Shown: positions 17,815 to 28,868, numbered from the stretch's first letter. The stretch: 64,000 nucleotides of DNA from Oceanospirillales bacterium (GCA_003233115.1 QIKV01000061.1:889-64888); one strand, 5' to 3'. A program made the numbers and translations. The notes: generated by a model from the sequence alone, not told the origin.

Positions 17815-18852
17815 TTATCTGGCTCTTTCACCGTATATCCTCGGACGGGTATAGCGGTCAATCAACGGTGCTGCCATGTTCATCAGCAACACCGCAAATG
17901 CAACCCCATCCGGGTAACCGCCCCAACGCCGGATTACCAGTGTAATGATACCGACTCCGGCGCCAAAAATAAGCTGGCCCTTTTTGCTGACACAACCGCT
18001 GACCGGGTCGGTGGCGATGAAAAAGGCTGCCAGTATCAATGCGCCGGAAAAAACGTGTTGGATCGGGGACGGACTGCTATCCGGGTCGGCCAGCCAGAAA
18101 GGCAGGCTGAGCAGGATTACGCTGCCGATCACTGCGACCGGCACCTGCCAGCTAATAACACGTTTATACAACAGGAAGAAACCGCCCAATACAAACCAGT
18201 TCGCAACCCATTCCCAACCCACTCCGCCGAAGTCGCCAAATAAGGTGGACTGACGGATTTCAGAGACCATACGGCCTGAATCTATACCGGTTTTTAAGGT
18301 ATCCAGCGGGGTTGCCTGGGTGATGGCATCCCAACCGCCGGTCAGCGGAACGTGGCCTGTGAAAATAATCAGCAGACTGTCGAACAGTCCCGGACTCTGG
18401 TCAGCGAGAGCCAGTGGGGGCAACCAGGCAGTCATGGCTTGCGGGAAGCTGATCAGAACCACTGCGTAACCCACCATGGCCGGGTTGAATACATTCCTTC
18501 CCAGGCCGCCGTACAGGTGCTTGGCAAAACTGATGGCGAATAACATGGCGATCAAGCTAATCCACCATGGCGCGAGCGGTGGTATGCTCAGTGCAAAAAG
18601 GACTGCCGTTACCACTGCGCTGTAGTCGTTGATGAACGGCTGAAGTGGCTGCCTCCGCATGCGTAACATCAGAAATTCGAAGAGAAGTGCAAATCCTGTT
18701 GCCAGCAGAATTTGTATCAGGATGCCGGGGCCGAAAAACCACGTGTAAGCCAGTACACCGGGTAGCAGGGCAAAGAGCACCAGTAGCATCACTTTGGCCA
18801 CAGTTGTTCGCGGTGGCACATGCGGTGCGTCGCTGGTTGGGAAGCTACGCAT
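17815..18852 (-). CDS. rnfD: Rnf electron transport complex subunit D
   Basis: RnfD/NqrB-like polytopic protein (…FNPAMVGYAVVLISFP…, …FFIATDPVS…). Confidence 0.9.
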   Translation of the reverse strand: MRSFPTSDAPHVPPRTTVAKVMLLVLFALLPGVLAYTWFFGPGILIQILLATGFALLFEFLMLRMRRQPLQPFINDYSAVVTAVLFALSIPPLAPWWISLIAMLFAISFAKHLYGGLGRNVFNPAMVGYAVVLISFPQAMTAWLPPLALADQSPGLFDSLLIIFTGHVPLTGGWDAITQATPLDTLKTGIDSGRMVSEIRQSTLFGDFGGVGWEWVANWFVLGGFFLLYKRVISWQVPVAVIGSVILLSLPFWLADPDSSPSPIQHVFSGALILAAFFIATDPVSGCVSKKGQLIFGAGVGIITLVIRRWGGYPDGVAFAVLLMNMAAPLIDRYTRPRIYGERAR

Positions 18853-20380
18853 CAGCAGAATTCCCGTTGGCTCGATTCACACGGTCTTTTGATTTGGCTT
18901 TGTCTTTGAGCATTTGTTTGCGCCGGGCCATTTTTTCGGCACGCTCGTGCTCTTTCTGCAGCAGGCGGCCTTCGCGGGCTTCAAATCGCTTGCGGGCCAG
19001 GTCCGCTGCCTGTTTTGCAATCGCCCGCTGCCGAAGTTCGTCTTTACCATAGCGGAACCAACTCACCAGCGGGATGTGGCTGGGGCAGACAAAATCGCAA
19101 CAGCCACATTCAATGCAGGCCGCAAGTCCGTATTCCTCAACTGTGTCCCACCAGCCGTTTTTAATTTGTTTGTACAATTGTTGTGGCAGCAAGATCGCCG
19201 GGCAGGTGCGCGAACACTCACCACAGCGGATGCAGGGCATCTCCGCCTGTGGCGTGGTGATATCACGTTGCGTCAGTGCGAGAATGCAATTGACAGCTTT
19301 AACGACCGGTGTGGCATCAGTAGAGACGGCATACCCCATCATGGGCCCGCCGACAACCAGGCGGGCAACGTTGTCGCTATACCCACCACAAACTTTGACC
19401 AGATGAGAAAAGGGCGTGCCAATCAGGGCCAGCAGGTTGCGGGGTTGTGCGATGCCGTTGCCGGTGACCGTGACATAGCGTTCAATCAATGGTTTGCCAG
19501 CGGTGACGGCTTCAGCGACAGCGGCGGCCGTTGCGACATTCTGGCACAGCAGGCCGAGGTCGGAAGGCCGGCCACCGTAAGGCACTTCCAACCCGGTCAA
19601 CACCTGGACCAGTTGCCGTTCACCACCTTCAGGATAGATCTTGGTGATTTTAACGACTGTGATACGCTTGCATTCAGCACATTCTGCGGCGTAGGTGAGT
19701 GCTTCCTGAACCGCACCCATCCGATCTTCGATGGCGATAATCACCCGTTCGGCGCCGAGTGCATGTCTCAAAATGCGCGCACCGAGGATAATTTTATCCG
19801 GCTGTTCGCGCATCAGCATTTCATCACAACTAATATAGGGCTCACATTCTGCGCCGTTCAGGATCAAGGTGTGGATTTGCCTTTCACGTCCGTCCCGGGC
19901 CTTGATATGGGTGGGAAACACCGCGCCGCCGAGGCCGACGAGGCCGCTTTCCTGCAGCTTCTTGATCAGTACATCGGGATGTGTATTTTGTACATCGTTG
20001 ATGGGCTCAAGCTCCACCCACTGTTCTTTTCCATCGGGCCGGATGACCACACACGGACCGGTCATGCCCGAAGCGTGTGTCATCAACCTGTCTTCCACCG
20101 TCTCAACAGTTCCTGAGGTCGGGGCGTGCACCGCCACGCCTGCTTTACACCGGCCAATTTGCTGGCCTTTGCGCACCCGGTCACCGGTTTCTACCAGCGG
20201 CCTGGCAGCCTCACCGGCGTGCTGGAGCAGTGGTACTACCAGGATATCCGGCAACGGTGGTCGCTCTACCGGTACCCTGCAGGAGATACGCTTGTTATGC
20301 CTGAGCCGCAGGCCGCCATGAAAATGGTGCGTGTGTTTGCCAGCATCGCGCGCGATTTCTACCGGGTCAGCATACGTCAT
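18845..20380 (-). CDS. rnfC: Rnf electron transport complex subunit C
   Basis: FHGGL N-terminus, a NuoF-like NADH/FMN region, and two CxxCxxCxxxCP ferredoxin motifs ([24 protein letters not shown]). I chose the start at 20380, an ATGA overlap with the rnfB stop. Confidence 0.9.
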   Translation of the reverse strand: MTYADPVEIARDAGKHTHHFHGGLRLRHNKRISCRVPVERPPLPDILVVPLLQHAGEAARPLVETGDRVRKGQQIGRCKAGVAVHAPTSGTVETVEDRLMTHASGMTGPCVVIRPDGKEQWVELEPINDVQNTHPDVLIKKLQESGLVGLGGAVFPTHIKARDGRERQIHTLILNGAECEPYISCDEMLMREQPDKIILGARILRHALGAERVIIAIEDRMGAVQEALTYAAECAECKRITVVKITKIYPEGGERQLVQVLTGLEVPYGGRPSDLGLLCQNVATAAAVAEAVTAGKPLIERYVTVTGNGIAQPRNLLALIGTPFSHLVKVCGGYSDNVARLVVGGPMMGYAVSTDATPVVKAVNCILALTQRDITTPQAEMPCIRCGECSRTCPAILLPQQLYKQIKNGWWDTVEEYGLAACIECGCCDFVCPSHIPLVSWFRYGKDELRQRAIAKQAADLARKRFEAREGRLLQKEHERAEKMARRKQMLKDKAKSKDRVNRANGNSADA

Positions 20381-20934
20381 TGGGTAACCGCCAGGTATGG
20401 TGGTACCAATGGCCGCGGGCTGTGCCACTGTCGGATGCCCGCTGCGAGTTCAACCACGTCAATGCAATCCACCGGGCAGGGTGGCAGGCACAGGTTGCAA
20501 CCGGTACATTCAGACGCGATGACGGTGTGCATTAGTTTTTTTGCGCCGACAATGGCATCGACCGGGCAAGCTTGCATGCATAGGGTGCAACCGATACAGT
20601 AATGTTCATCAATTACCACCACGGTTTTTGGCTTTTCCTCGCCATTTTCCGGGTTCAGGGGCTTGATTTCGCGACCCAGCAAGGCAGCCAGCGCGCGTAT
20701 ACCTGCCGCACCGCCGGGCGGACACTGGTTGATATCAGCCTCGCCGTTGGCCATCGCCCTTGCGTAGGGCCGGCAACCGGAGTAGCCACACTGTCCACAC
20801 TGGGTTTGTGGCAGCAGGGCGTCGATCTGGCCGACCACGGAATCCGACCTGCCCCGCAGGCGCATACCCATCCAGCCAAGTCCCAGCCCGAATACCAGTC
20901 CCATGATGGTAATTGTCGTGATAGCGGTCAACAT
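20377..20934 (-). CDS. rnfB: Rnf electron transport complex subunit B
   Basis: N-terminal TM region, a CGQCGYSGC cluster, and two 4Fe-4S ferredoxin motifs ([24 protein letters not shown]). Confidence 0.9.
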   Translation of the reverse strand: MLTAITTITIMGLVFGLGLGWMGMRLRGRSDSVVGQIDALLPQTQCGQCGYSGCRPYARAMANGEADINQCPPGGAAGIRALAALLGREIKPLNPENGEEKPKTVVVIDEHYCIGCTLCMQACPVDAIVGAKKLMHTVIASECTGCNLCLPPCPVDCIDVVELAAGIRQWHSPRPLVPPYLAVTQ

Positions 20935-20935
20935 G

Positions 20936-21517
20936 TCACAGGTTCGCCAGGCCGCTGAATCCCATAAACGCCAGTGCCATTAAACCGGCGGTGATCAGGC
21001 TGATCGGCGCGCCTTTGAACGGCAGTGGAATAGCGGCGGTCACAATGCGCTCGCGCATGGCAGTAAACATGACCAGTACCACGCCGAAGCCGGTGGCTGC
21101 CCCGAAACCATACAAGGCGGACTGCAACAGGTTGTGTTGTTGCTGGACATTCAGCAATGCCACACCCAGTATGATGCAGTTACTGGTAATGAGCGGCAGG
21201 AAAACCCCAAGCAGGCGATAAAGGATCGGGTTACTTCTGCGTACGACCATCTCGGTCAGTTGTACACTGACCGCGATGATCAGGATAAAACCCAGGGTTG
21301 AAAGGTATTCCAAAGACAGCGGCTTGAGCAAATACTGGAATAGCAGGTAGCTGGCGGTTGATGACAGGGTCAGTACGAAAGTAGTTGCTATCGCCATGCC
21401 CATTGCGCCTTCCAGCTTGTTCGACACGCCCATCAGCGGGCACACGCCCAGCAAGCGCACCAGCACAAAGTTGTTTACCAGCACAGTGCTGACAAGTATC
21501 AGTAGATATTCAGTCAT
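20936..21517 (-). CDS. rnfA: Rnf electron transport complex subunit A
   Basis: RnfA/NqrE-like 193-aa polytopic protein ([19 protein letters not shown]...). Confidence 0.9.
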   Translation of the reverse strand: MTEYLLILVSTVLVNNFVLVRLLGVCPLMGVSNKLEGAMGMAIATTFVLTLSSTASYLLFQYLLKPLSLEYLSTLGFILIIAVSVQLTEMVVRRSNPILYRLLGVFLPLITSNCIILGVALLNVQQQHNLLQSALYGFGAATGFGVVLVMFTAMRERIVTAAIPLPFKGAPISLITAGLMALAFMGFSGLANL

Positions 21518-21544
21518 GGCTGGCGGGGGTTTCGCATCCGGTGG

Positions 21545-23563
21545 TCAGGTAACCCTCGTGCCTGCTGTGGCGCCTGCGTCCGGGCTGAGCAGGAACAGGC
21601 CGCCTGCGCCTGAACCGGCCGCAAGAACCATTCCTTCTGACAGGCCGAACCGCATCTTACGGGGTTTAAGATTTGCCACCATGACAATATGGCGGCCGAC
21701 CAGGTCTGCCGGGTCATAGGCTGATTTGATTCCAGCAAACACGTTGCGGATTTCGCCACCGATGTCCAGTGTCAACTGGAGTAACTTATCTGCTTCGGGT
21801 ACTGTTTCAGCATTGATGATTTTTGCAACCCGCAAATCGACCTTCAGGAACTCATCGATGGTAATTTCATCCGCCAGGTCGAGCACCGGGGTGGCGGGTA
21901 CGTTGGAAATTTCCAGGTCTTGCTTTGACGCCTCAACCATGGCCCTGATTTTTACCGGGTCTACACGTGTCATCAGCGGTTTGAAGGTATTGATACAAAC
22001 ACCCAGCACGGGTTGGTCGAGATCGGACCATTGGTCCACCGCCACGCCGAGGAATTCCGCGGCTTTAACGGCCGTGAATGGAACCACCGGTGCCAGGTAT
22101 GTGATCAAGACACGGAACAGGTTGATGCCCTGGGAGCAGATGGCCTGCACCTTGGCCTGTTGGTCGTCCTGTTTGTTCAGTTGCCAGGGCTTGTGGTGGT
22201 CAATATAGCGGTTACCCTCGTCAGCCAGTCCCATGATGCGACGGATAGCCGCTTGGTAATTACGCTGTTCAAAATCGTTTGCGATGGCCTCGCCCTGATC
22301 GATGAATCGCTGATAGAGTTCCGGCTCGGGTAGTTCGGCGGCCAGGCGGCCATTCGAACCACGCTGGATGAAACCGGCACAACGGCTGGCGATATTGATG
22401 ACTTTTCCGACCATGTCTGAATTCACACGTGCGACAAAATCATCCAGGCTCAGGTCAATATCTGCCAGTCCGGGACCCAGCCTGGCACAATAATAATAGC
22501 GCAGGTAATCCGGATTCAGGTGGTCAAGATAGGTCCGTGCCATGATAAACGTACCACGTGATTTCGACATTTTTGCGCCATCAACCGTCAGAAACCCGTG
22601 TGCGTACACTGCCGTGGGTGTGCGATAGCCCGCCCCCATCAGCATTGCCGGCCAGAACAGGGTATGGAAATACACGATATCCTTACCGATGAAATTGTAC
22701 ATTTCAGTATCAGTATCCGGTTTCCACCAGGCATCAAAATCGAGGTTATTCCGTTCGCACAGTTCCTTGAAAGAAGACATATAGCCGATAGGTGCGTCCA
22801 CCCATACGTAAAAAAACTTGTCGTCGGTACCCGGTATTTTGAAGCCAAAATATGGCTCGTCGCGGGAAATATCCCAATCCCGCAGACCATCTTCGAACCA
22901 TTCCTGCATCTTGTTCACTACACCTGGTTGCTGTTTGCCGGAGGACATCCAGTTTTGCAAACGCGCTTCGAACCCGGCCAAACGAACAAAAAAGTGCTCA
23001 GAATCCCGCATCACAGGTGCTGTGCCGCTAACTGCTGAACGCGGGTCAATCAGATCGGTCGGGCTGTAAGTACCCCCACAAGCCTCACAGCTATCGCCAT
23101 ACTGGTCCTCGGTTTTGCATCTGGGGCAGGTCCCTCTGATAAAGCGGTCGGGTAGAAACATGCCCTTTTCTTCATCATAGAATTGCGAAATCGTGCGTCG
23201 GTCAATGTAGCCACCCTCGTTGAGGCGCTGGTATATGGTTTCCACACACTCGCGGTTGGTTTCGTCATGGGTGTTGGAGTAGTTGTCGTAACTGAGCCCA
23301 AAATCGATAAAGTCCTGCTGGTGTTCCGCATTCATTCGGGCTATCAGCGTTTCTGGCGTTACGCCTTCAGCCTCGGCGCGCAGCATGATGGGGGTGCCGT
23401 GTGCGTCGTCTGCCCAGGCGAAATAGCACTCGTGCCCCTGTGAGCGCTGAAACCGTGCCCAGATGTCAGTCTGGATGTACTCCAGCATGTGCCCCAGGTG
23501 GATCGCTCCGTTGGCGTAGGGCAGTCCGCTGGTCACCAGGATTTTTCTTTTCTGTTTGCTCAT
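21545..23563 (-). CDS. metG: Methionine--tRNA ligase
   Basis: HIGH-type motif ([11 protein letters not shown]), KMSKS, a Zn knuckle (CPRC...CEAC) and a C-terminal tRNA-binding (EMAP-like) domain. I chose the start [11 protein letters not shown] at 23563. Confidence 0.95.
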   Translation of the reverse strand: MSKQKRKILVTSGLPYANGAIHLGHMLEYIQTDIWARFQRSQGHECYFAWADDAHGTPIMLRAEAEGVTPETLIARMNAEHQQDFIDFGLSYDNYSNTHDETNRECVETIYQRLNEGGYIDRRTISQFYDEEKGMFLPDRFIRGTCPRCKTEDQYGDSCEACGGTYSPTDLIDPRSAVSGTAPVMRDSEHFFVRLAGFEARLQNWMSSGKQQPGVVNKMQEWFEDGLRDWDISRDEPYFGFKIPGTDDKFFYVWVDAPIGYMSSFKELCERNNLDFDAWWKPDTDTEMYNFIGKDIVYFHTLFWPAMLMGAGYRTPTAVYAHGFLTVDGAKMSKSRGTFIMARTYLDHLNPDYLRYYYCARLGPGLADIDLSLDDFVARVNSDMVGKVINIASRCAGFIQRGSNGRLAAELPEPELYQRFIDQGEAIANDFEQRNYQAAIRRIMGLADEGNRYIDHHKPWQLNKQDDQQAKVQAICSQGINLFRVLITYLAPVVPFTAVKAAEFLGVAVDQWSDLDQPVLGVCINTFKPLMTRVDPVKIRAMVEASKQDLEISNVPATPVLDLADEITIDEFLKVDLRVAKIINAETVPEADKLLQLTLDIGGEIRNVFAGIKSAYDPADLVGRHIVMVANLKPRKMRFGLSEGMVLAAGSGAGGLFLLSPDAGATAGTRVT

Positions 23564-23694
23564 GGTCGCTTTTTTTCGCTCGCCGTCAGGGCAGTCTGAT
23601 GAATGCGCAATTATGCCACGGCGGTCAGCCAAGCTGTAGCGCCGGACGTGCAAATCAGTTTCCTTTAGGCTAAGAGGGGCCTAACCCGGACATT

Positions 23695-24777
23695 TCAGCA
23701 GGCAGGTGTGTGAGCTTGAATGAACCTGCCGATCTCCGTCCAGGCTTCAGTCGCTTGCGGCAGTTCCGGTTCGAAAATTTGCCAAATGTGCACCATATCA
23801 GTCCAGGTCTGCAATTTAACCGGCGATCCCGAGGCACTGGCCTTGTAGGCATAGCGACGGGCATCATCCAGCAGCATTTCGGCCTCAGAGGCCTGCACCA
23901 GTATTGGAGGCAGGCCTGAAAGATCCCCGAACAGTGGTGACAGGATGGGGTTGGCGGGTCGTACCCGGTAGGTCCAGAGGACCGACCAACTCTTGGCGAA
24001 TTGTGGGAGCCTGTTGAGCACCCGCATCAAAGGCGCCAGCATGAAGTCGGTGGCTTCGTTGTTGCGGATACTGTTACCGGAGAAAGTGCTGTCGGTCAAA
24101 GGTGACAGTGCCACCACCGCGTCGGGGGCACGCAAGCCTTTATCCCGCACCCAGGCGACCAGCGACAGGGCGAGGTTGCCACCGGCAGAATCACCTGCGA
24201 AGAACAGTTGCCGGGGTGCTCCAGGCCCGTCTGGCCCATTTTCGAGCAACCACTGATAGCTGATCCTGCAATCCGCAACACAATCCATAAGCTTGTGTTC
24301 CGGCAACAGCCGGTAGTCGATTGCCAACACAGCACAGCCTGAGATTTCGGAGAATTTGCTGGTCATGGTGCGGTGGCTTTTCGGGCTGCCCATGATGAAT
24401 CCACCGCCGTGGATATACAGTACCCGCCTTGAATTGTCGGCCCCCGGGGCGATGACCCACTCGGCAGGTACACCACCGGCATCAACCGGCAGGAACTGAC
24501 TCACATAATCACGACCAGCGCTCATACTGTCCATGGTCGCGCGCGCTGCCTGCATGTGATGCCTGGCCACCGCATGCGAGACTTGCCCGGCGATATCTTT
24601 AACCATCTCAACCACCGCCGCATGCTCCGGACCCGGGCCTTTAGGATTGGTAAACTGGCTTACCACGTCCGCGGCACGGGGGGCAGGGTATTCACCGGGG
24701 AGTTTGCCGCGCAGGTAAAATCTCTCAAAGGCCCAGAATATCAATAAGATAACTACAAGGTAGGTTAGCAAGGTCAT
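23695..24777 (-). CDS. Alpha/beta hydrolase, hormone-sensitive-lipase (family IV) type esterase/lipase, membrane-anchored
   Basis: HGGG oxyanion motif (YIHGGGF), a GDSAGG nucleophile elbow and an N-terminal TM helix. Confidence 0.8.
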   Translation of the reverse strand: MTLLTYLVVILLIFWAFERFYLRGKLPGEYPAPRAADVVSQFTNPKGPGPEHAAVVEMVKDIAGQVSHAVARHHMQAARATMDSMSAGRDYVSQFLPVDAGGVPAEWVIAPGADNSRRVLYIHGGGFIMGSPKSHRTMTSKFSEISGCAVLAIDYRLLPEHKLMDCVADCRISYQWLLENGPDGPGAPRQLFFAGDSAGGNLALSLVAWVRDKGLRAPDAVVALSPLTDSTFSGNSIRNNEATDFMLAPLMRVLNRLPQFAKSWSVLWTYRVRPANPILSPLFGDLSGLPPILVQASEAEMLLDDARRYAYKASASGSPVKLQTWTDMVHIWQIFEPELPQATEAWTEIGRFIQAHTPAC

Positions 24778-24872
24778 CTCTTATTTCCCCACGTTAGCTC
24801 TGTTTGGTCGCTCAGCCACAGCCGGGAATCCAATAGGCTAATCGCGATGATCAGTAGTGAATTAAGTTACAA

Positions 24873-26378
24873 TTGCAATTATACAGCGTCGACTTAACGG
24901 GTGCTCAGAAATTGACCGTAAAACCCATCAAAGAACCGATCTCCAAGGTTGATACCGCCTGGCTGCGCATGGAGCAGCCGACCAACTTGATGATGATCAA
25001 CGGGGTACTGATCCTGGACGAGAAGCTGGACCATGCGAAGCTGCTTGAGACCATTGAACAGCGCTTTCTGGCGTTCAGACGTTTCCGCCAAAAAGCCGTG
25101 GATAGCCCCGGTGGTGCCCACTGGGTGCTGGATGACGATTTCAATATAAATGACCATGTTCTGCGTACTGCCCTGCCGGGTGCTGCAGACCAGGCGGAGC
25201 TTGAGCTGCTGGTATCTCATCTGGCCAGCACCCCGCTGGACCCATCGCGGCCCCTGTGGCAGTTTCATGTGGTCGAAAACTACGTGGAAGGGCCGGCGTT
25301 AATTATTCGGATCCACCACTGTATTGCCGATGGTATAGCATTGGTACAGGTATTCCTTTCTCTTACCGACCCTACACGGGGCGGGCGGTCTTCTGCGCGC
25401 AAGCCGGAAACATGGAAAGAGCGACGGGCCAATGAGTCGATGGTATTCAGGCGCTTACTGGATCCAGCCCGTGAGGGACTGGATTTCGCCATGCACGTGG
25501 GCAGGCGGCTGCTCCAGGAGGGAATGAAAGTGTTGCAAAATCCGGCTGTTGCAGGCGACTATGCCACGGAAGCAAGTGCAATTGTTCGCGAGTTGGCCAA
25601 TTCGTTAACCCTCAGAGACGACCCCCTGACCCGCTTCAAAGGTCGCCTTGGCGTGCGCAAACAGGTGGCCTGGGCCGAACCATTGTCGCTTGCTGAAGTG
25701 AAAGGTGTGAGTAAAGCATTTGGCTGCACAGTCAATGACGTGCTTATCGCAGCGGTAACAGGTGCATTGAGGCAGTTCATGATAGCAGAGGGTGACAGTT
25801 CCGGCTCCCTGCAGGACATCCGCGTCACCGTGCCGGTCAATCTGCGCCCGCTTGAGCACGCGCAGGAGCTCGGTAACCACTTCGGACTGGTGTTTCTGTC
25901 CTTGCCGCTGAGCATCGACAACCCACTGGAGCGGTTGTACACCGTTAATGCCCGCATGAATGAATTGAAGTCCTCGAAACAGGCTACTGTTACGCTGGGA
26001 TTCCTCGCCGCGCTCGGCATGGGGCCTGCTGCGTTACAGAAGCCGGTTCTGGACATACTCAGCAAAAAGGCTACGGCCGTGCTGACCAATGTTCCAGGCC
26101 CGCAGCAACCGGTTTACCTGGCCGGGTCAAAAATGAAAGAAATGATGTTTTGGGTGCCGCAGAACGGCGGCGTCGGGCTGGGGATCAGCATACTCAGTTA
26201 TAACGCCAGGGTATATTTTGGATTAATCGCTGACCGTCGCCTGGTAGCAAAGCCAGCTGCAATTATTTCCCGCTTCAACAGGGAGTTTGAAAAACTCCTG
26301 TACATGGGCCTGATGTTGCCGCTGGATGGCCGGCCCACCCCGCAAAGTGCTGAGGATTTGGTGCGAATAACTGAATAG
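24873..26378 (+). CDS. Wax ester synthase/diacylglycerol acyltransferase (WS/DGAT)
   Basis: Catalytic HHCIADG motif, N-terminal PISKVD..WL..E pattern and a C-terminal NVPGP motif. The start is uncertain (TTG 24873 or another nearby non-ATG codon). Confidence 0.85.
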   Translation: MQLYSVDLTGAQKLTVKPIKEPISKVDTAWLRMEQPTNLMMINGVLILDEKLDHAKLLETIEQRFLAFRRFRQKAVDSPGGAHWVLDDDFNINDHVLRTALPGAADQAELELLVSHLASTPLDPSRPLWQFHVVENYVEGPALIIRIHHCIADGIALVQVFLSLTDPTRGGRSSARKPETWKERRANESMVFRRLLDPAREGLDFAMHVGRRLLQEGMKVLQNPAVAGDYATEASAIVRELANSLTLRDDPLTRFKGRLGVRKQVAWAEPLSLAEVKGVSKAFGCTVNDVLIAAVTGALRQFMIAEGDSSGSLQDIRVTVPVNLRPLEHAQELGNHFGLVFLSLPLSIDNPLERLYTVNARMNELKSSKQATVTLGFLAALGMGPAALQKPVLDILSKKATAVLTNVPGPQQPVYLAGSKMKEMMFWVPQNGGVGLGISILSYNARVYFGLIADRRLVAKPAAIISRFNREFEKLLYMGLMLPLDGRPTPQSAEDLVRITE

Positions 26379-26395
26379 CAGCGCGGCGGCGCGCC

Positions 26396-27247
26396 TCACT
26401 CCAGTTCAGCCAGCGCCGCTTCAATGTCCAGCTTTTCCATGGCATCTGTTGCTTGCAGCTCAGATGCCTCAACGTACAGATCAGTTACCTTGTCAAGTCT
26501 GTCATCCCCAAATAGCAGGTAAAGCCCGTTGCCGTATTCAATGTGTGCAATGGGCGAATTTGGGGTTAGTTCCAGCGCCTTTCGGAAGTGCATCAACGCT
26601 GTGTCTGTGCTTGCGCCATAAGTCAGTTTCCCCAGCATTTTGCCGACTTTACCAATGACTTCAGCATGGTACATGCCTAGCGCGATATGTGCGTCTGCAT
26701 GATCGGGCTCCAGTTTCAGGGCGTGCTCAAGGCTGGACTGGATTTTGCCCCCCAGTCCCTGGCGCAAGGCCTTGATGATGGAAATGCTCTGGCTGTAGCG
26801 GCCCAGGTTGAAGGCATGGAAATAATAGCTGTTCGGATCATCCGGCAAGGTCTGGATAGCGGCTTCGGCACGTTTTACCGCGGCCAGGAAGCAGGTTCGC
26901 GCTGTGCTCTCATCAGGTTCCAGATAGGTTGCATATATTGCTGCTGCCTTGTTGGCCGGGGCGTGTGCCAATTGACCACATTGCCCTGACAAGCTGGTTG
27001 CCTGCTGGAAGTCACCCGCGTGAAAACAACGCCACGCGGCTTGCATGATGTCCGCCAATGCTGACGCGTCACCAGCGTATGACGGCGGTGCTGCAGCCGG
27101 TGCCTGTTCGAGCGCTCGCTGAACCCACCCGGCATCCGGGAATTCCACACGATCACCGCCGTGCAACTCAGGCCACGACTCAAGCAGTTTACTGCCTTCG
27201 TATATGAAGGCTGCGTTGTTATGTGGAAAACTTTTCCATTTCGACAT
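26396..27247 (-). CDS. Hypothetical helical (TPR-like) protein
   Basis: 283-aa ORF with clean coding appearance and a helical-repeat character (…HADAHIALGMYHAEV…ALELTPNSPIAHIEYG…). No family recognised. Confidence 0.5.
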   Translation of the reverse strand: MSKWKSFPHNNAAFIYEGSKLLESWPELHGGDRVEFPDAGWVQRALEQAPAAAPPSYAGDASALADIMQAAWRCFHAGDFQQATSLSGQCGQLAHAPANKAAAIYATYLEPDESTARTCFLAAVKRAEAAIQTLPDDPNSYYFHAFNLGRYSQSISIIKALRQGLGGKIQSSLEHALKLEPDHADAHIALGMYHAEVIGKVGKMLGKLTYGASTDTALMHFRKALELTPNSPIAHIEYGNGLYLLFGDDRLDKVTDLYVEASELQATDAMEKLDIEAALAELE

Positions 27248-27372
27248 TCGTCTGATTTCCGTGATTCGGGTGAATTAAAAAAGAGTCCTGCTTTTAGTGT
27301 GTTTACTCTAATTCTTTTGCCTACTATGGGGCCATCAACAGTTAACCCTCACTGAAAATAAAGGAGATTGAG

Positions 27373-28125
27373 ATGACCACAAAGACATTAAAAAAGAAGG
27401 TACAGGCGAAGCCCGCAATAAGCAAGTTCACCACCCCTGTGGTTGATTCTGCACGGGACGTCTGGCGGGCCGGACTGGGTGCAGTTTCTATGGCGCAGAC
27501 TGAAAGTAGCAAGCTGATTGAACAGGGCAACCAATTGTTTGACAGGTTGGTATCTGAAGGTTCGAAGCTGGAGAAAAAAACCCGCCACGAGGCAGAAACT
27601 GCTATCGGTGATATCAGAAATGGTGTGGAATCGAAGCTTGATACCGTGCGCCAGCAGGCGACTACAAACTGGGATAGCCTTTTGGGCCTGTTCGATGAGC
27701 GTGTTTCAGATGCCCTGGACCGCTTGGGAGTTCCCACAACAAAGGACTTGAACAAGCTTTCTGGACATGTACAAAAAATGTCCCGGCAAGCTACCAGGAA
27801 CTGGAAGGAACTGGAAAATGTGTTTGATGAGCGTGTGTCGGGTATTTTGAATAGCCTGCACGTTCCCGGCGCTGAAGATCTCGACAAGTTGACTGGTAAT
27901 GTACAAAAGGTATCCAGAGAGGTAGCAGACAATCTGCAAAAGCTGGAAAGTACCCTCGAAGCACGGGTAGCGGAGATCCTGGACGGTCTCGGAATCCCGA
28001 CCACTGATGATACCGGTAAGCTGTCCGCTGAACTGGCGAAACTCTCCAGGCAGGTAGCTGCCATGGAAAAGGAGATAAAGGCGAGCACCAGGACTGCGCC
28101 GCGCAAGGCCGCGGCTACCAGTTAG
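27373..28125 (+). CDS. Phasin-family (PhaI/PhaF N-domain-like) granule-associated protein with a triplicated C-terminal module
   Basis: P.V.SARDVWRAGLGA.S.AQ.E..KL...G..LF..LV.EG.KLEKK matches the pseudomonad-type PHA granule-associated protein family. It is followed by three ~44-aa repeats (DERV....L..LGVPT..D...L...VQK.SRQ). AAGGAG RBS. Confidence 0.75.
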   Translation: MTTKTLKKKVQAKPAISKFTTPVVDSARDVWRAGLGAVSMAQTESSKLIEQGNQLFDRLVSEGSKLEKKTRHEAETAIGDIRNGVESKLDTVRQQATTNWDSLLGLFDERVSDALDRLGVPTTKDLNKLSGHVQKMSRQATRNWKELENVFDERVSGILNSLHVPGAEDLDKLTGNVQKVSREVADNLQKLESTLEARVAEILDGLGIPTTDDTGKLSAELAKLSRQVAAMEKEIKASTRTAPRKAAATS

Positions 28126-28130
28126 CGTGG

Positions 28131-28150
28131 GGTGGACATTTATGTCCACC
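28131..28150 (+). terminator. Hairpin downstream of phasin 1 (possible terminator)
   Basis: ggtggacat-tt-atgtccacc is a perfect 9-bp inverted repeat, with a T-rich tract a few nt downstream (ggtttattt). Confidence 0.45.
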
Positions 28151-28231
28151 GTACTGGTTTATTTGAATGCGACCGGGTGGGCCTGAATGTCCACCCTACT
28201 GTTGGTCAGACGTTCCCGTTTTAGGGTGTAT

Positions 28232-28248
28232 GCTCTAAATTTTAGAGC
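28232..28248. promoter_or_regulatory. Perfect 8-1-8 palindrome, candidate operator upstream of phasin 2
   Basis: gctctaaa-t-tttagagc lies 50-66 nt upstream of the phasin-2 start codon. Confidence 0.4.
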
Positions 28249-28297
28249 TAACATGCAAACAACATTCACAAATGCTCAAGTGAGCAAGGAGTTTGAA

Positions 28298-28825
28298 ATG
28301 GCTAAGAAGACATTAAAAAAGAAGGTAATGAAAAAGAAGGTTCAGGCAAAATCTTCAGCAAGTTATCTTGCCGCACCTGTGGTTGAATCTGCACGTGAAA
28401 TCTGGCTGGCGGGCCTCGGTGCATATTCTGTTGCACAGGCTGAAAGTGGCAAGCTGATCGAACAGGGTAACAAGCTGTTTGAGAAACTGGTTTCCGAGGG
28501 CAACAAGCTGGAGAAAAAGACCCGTAGTCTGGCTGAAACTGCTGTTGGCGATATCAAAGGCGGCATGGAATCGAAGGTTGAAACCGTTCGTAAGCAAGCC
28601 GTTGATAACTGGGATAAACTGGAAAATATCTTTGAAGACCGCGTTGCGCGGGTGCTGGGCCGGCTAGGTGTGCCGACGGCAGAGGATGTCAACAGGTTGT
28701 CTGAGCGGGTGCAGAAGTTGTCACGTCAGGTTACCGCGCTGTCCACGGCCAACTCCAGCAAGGCGGCAAAACCACGCAAAGCTGCGGTAAAAAAGAAGGC
28801 GGCAAAGAAGCCGGCCGCTAAATAA
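28298..28825 (+). CDS. PhaF-like phasin with a short Ala/Lys/Pro histone-H1-like tail
   Basis: The N-domain is paralogous to the 27373 gene (PVVESAREIWLAGLGAYSVAQAESGKLIEQGNKLFEKLVSEGNKLEKK). It has one copy of the 44-aa module and the tail KAAKPRKAAVKKKAAKKPAAK. AAGGAG RBS before ATG 28298. Confidence 0.75.
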   Translation: MAKKTLKKKVMKKKVQAKSSASYLAAPVVESAREIWLAGLGAYSVAQAESGKLIEQGNKLFEKLVSEGNKLEKKTRSLAETAVGDIKGGMESKVETVRKQAVDNWDKLENIFEDRVARVLGRLGVPTAEDVNRLSERVQKLSRQVTALSTANSSKAAKPRKAAVKKKAAKKPAAK

Positions 28826-28837
28826 GCAGAATATTCG

Positions 28838-28868
28838 GGGCCGGCATGATTGCCGGCCCTTTTCTTTC
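28838..28868. terminator. Bidirectional rho-independent terminator
   Basis: gggccggca-tgat-tgccggccc is a 9-bp stem followed by ttttctttc. It lies between convergent phasin 2 and tetR. Confidence 0.75.

Noticed and set aside
18914-20116. 400-aa plus-strand ORF opposite rnfC. Similar long antisense ORFs lie opposite tdh (61445-62341), the M16 gene (38800-39570), rlmE (54040-54603) and the DUF4398 gene (6098-6748).
   Set aside because: In each case the opposite strand encodes a protein with unmistakable family motifs. The antisense ORFs have no recognisable domains and are expected in GC-moderate DNA.
27342-28106. 254-aa minus-strand ORF covering almost the whole first phasin gene.
   Set aside because: It is a Ser/Arg-rich low-complexity translation, typical of the antisense of an Ala/Glu/Lys-rich coiled-coil gene. 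The plus-strand frame has an AAGGAG RBS and clear paralogy to the next gene.
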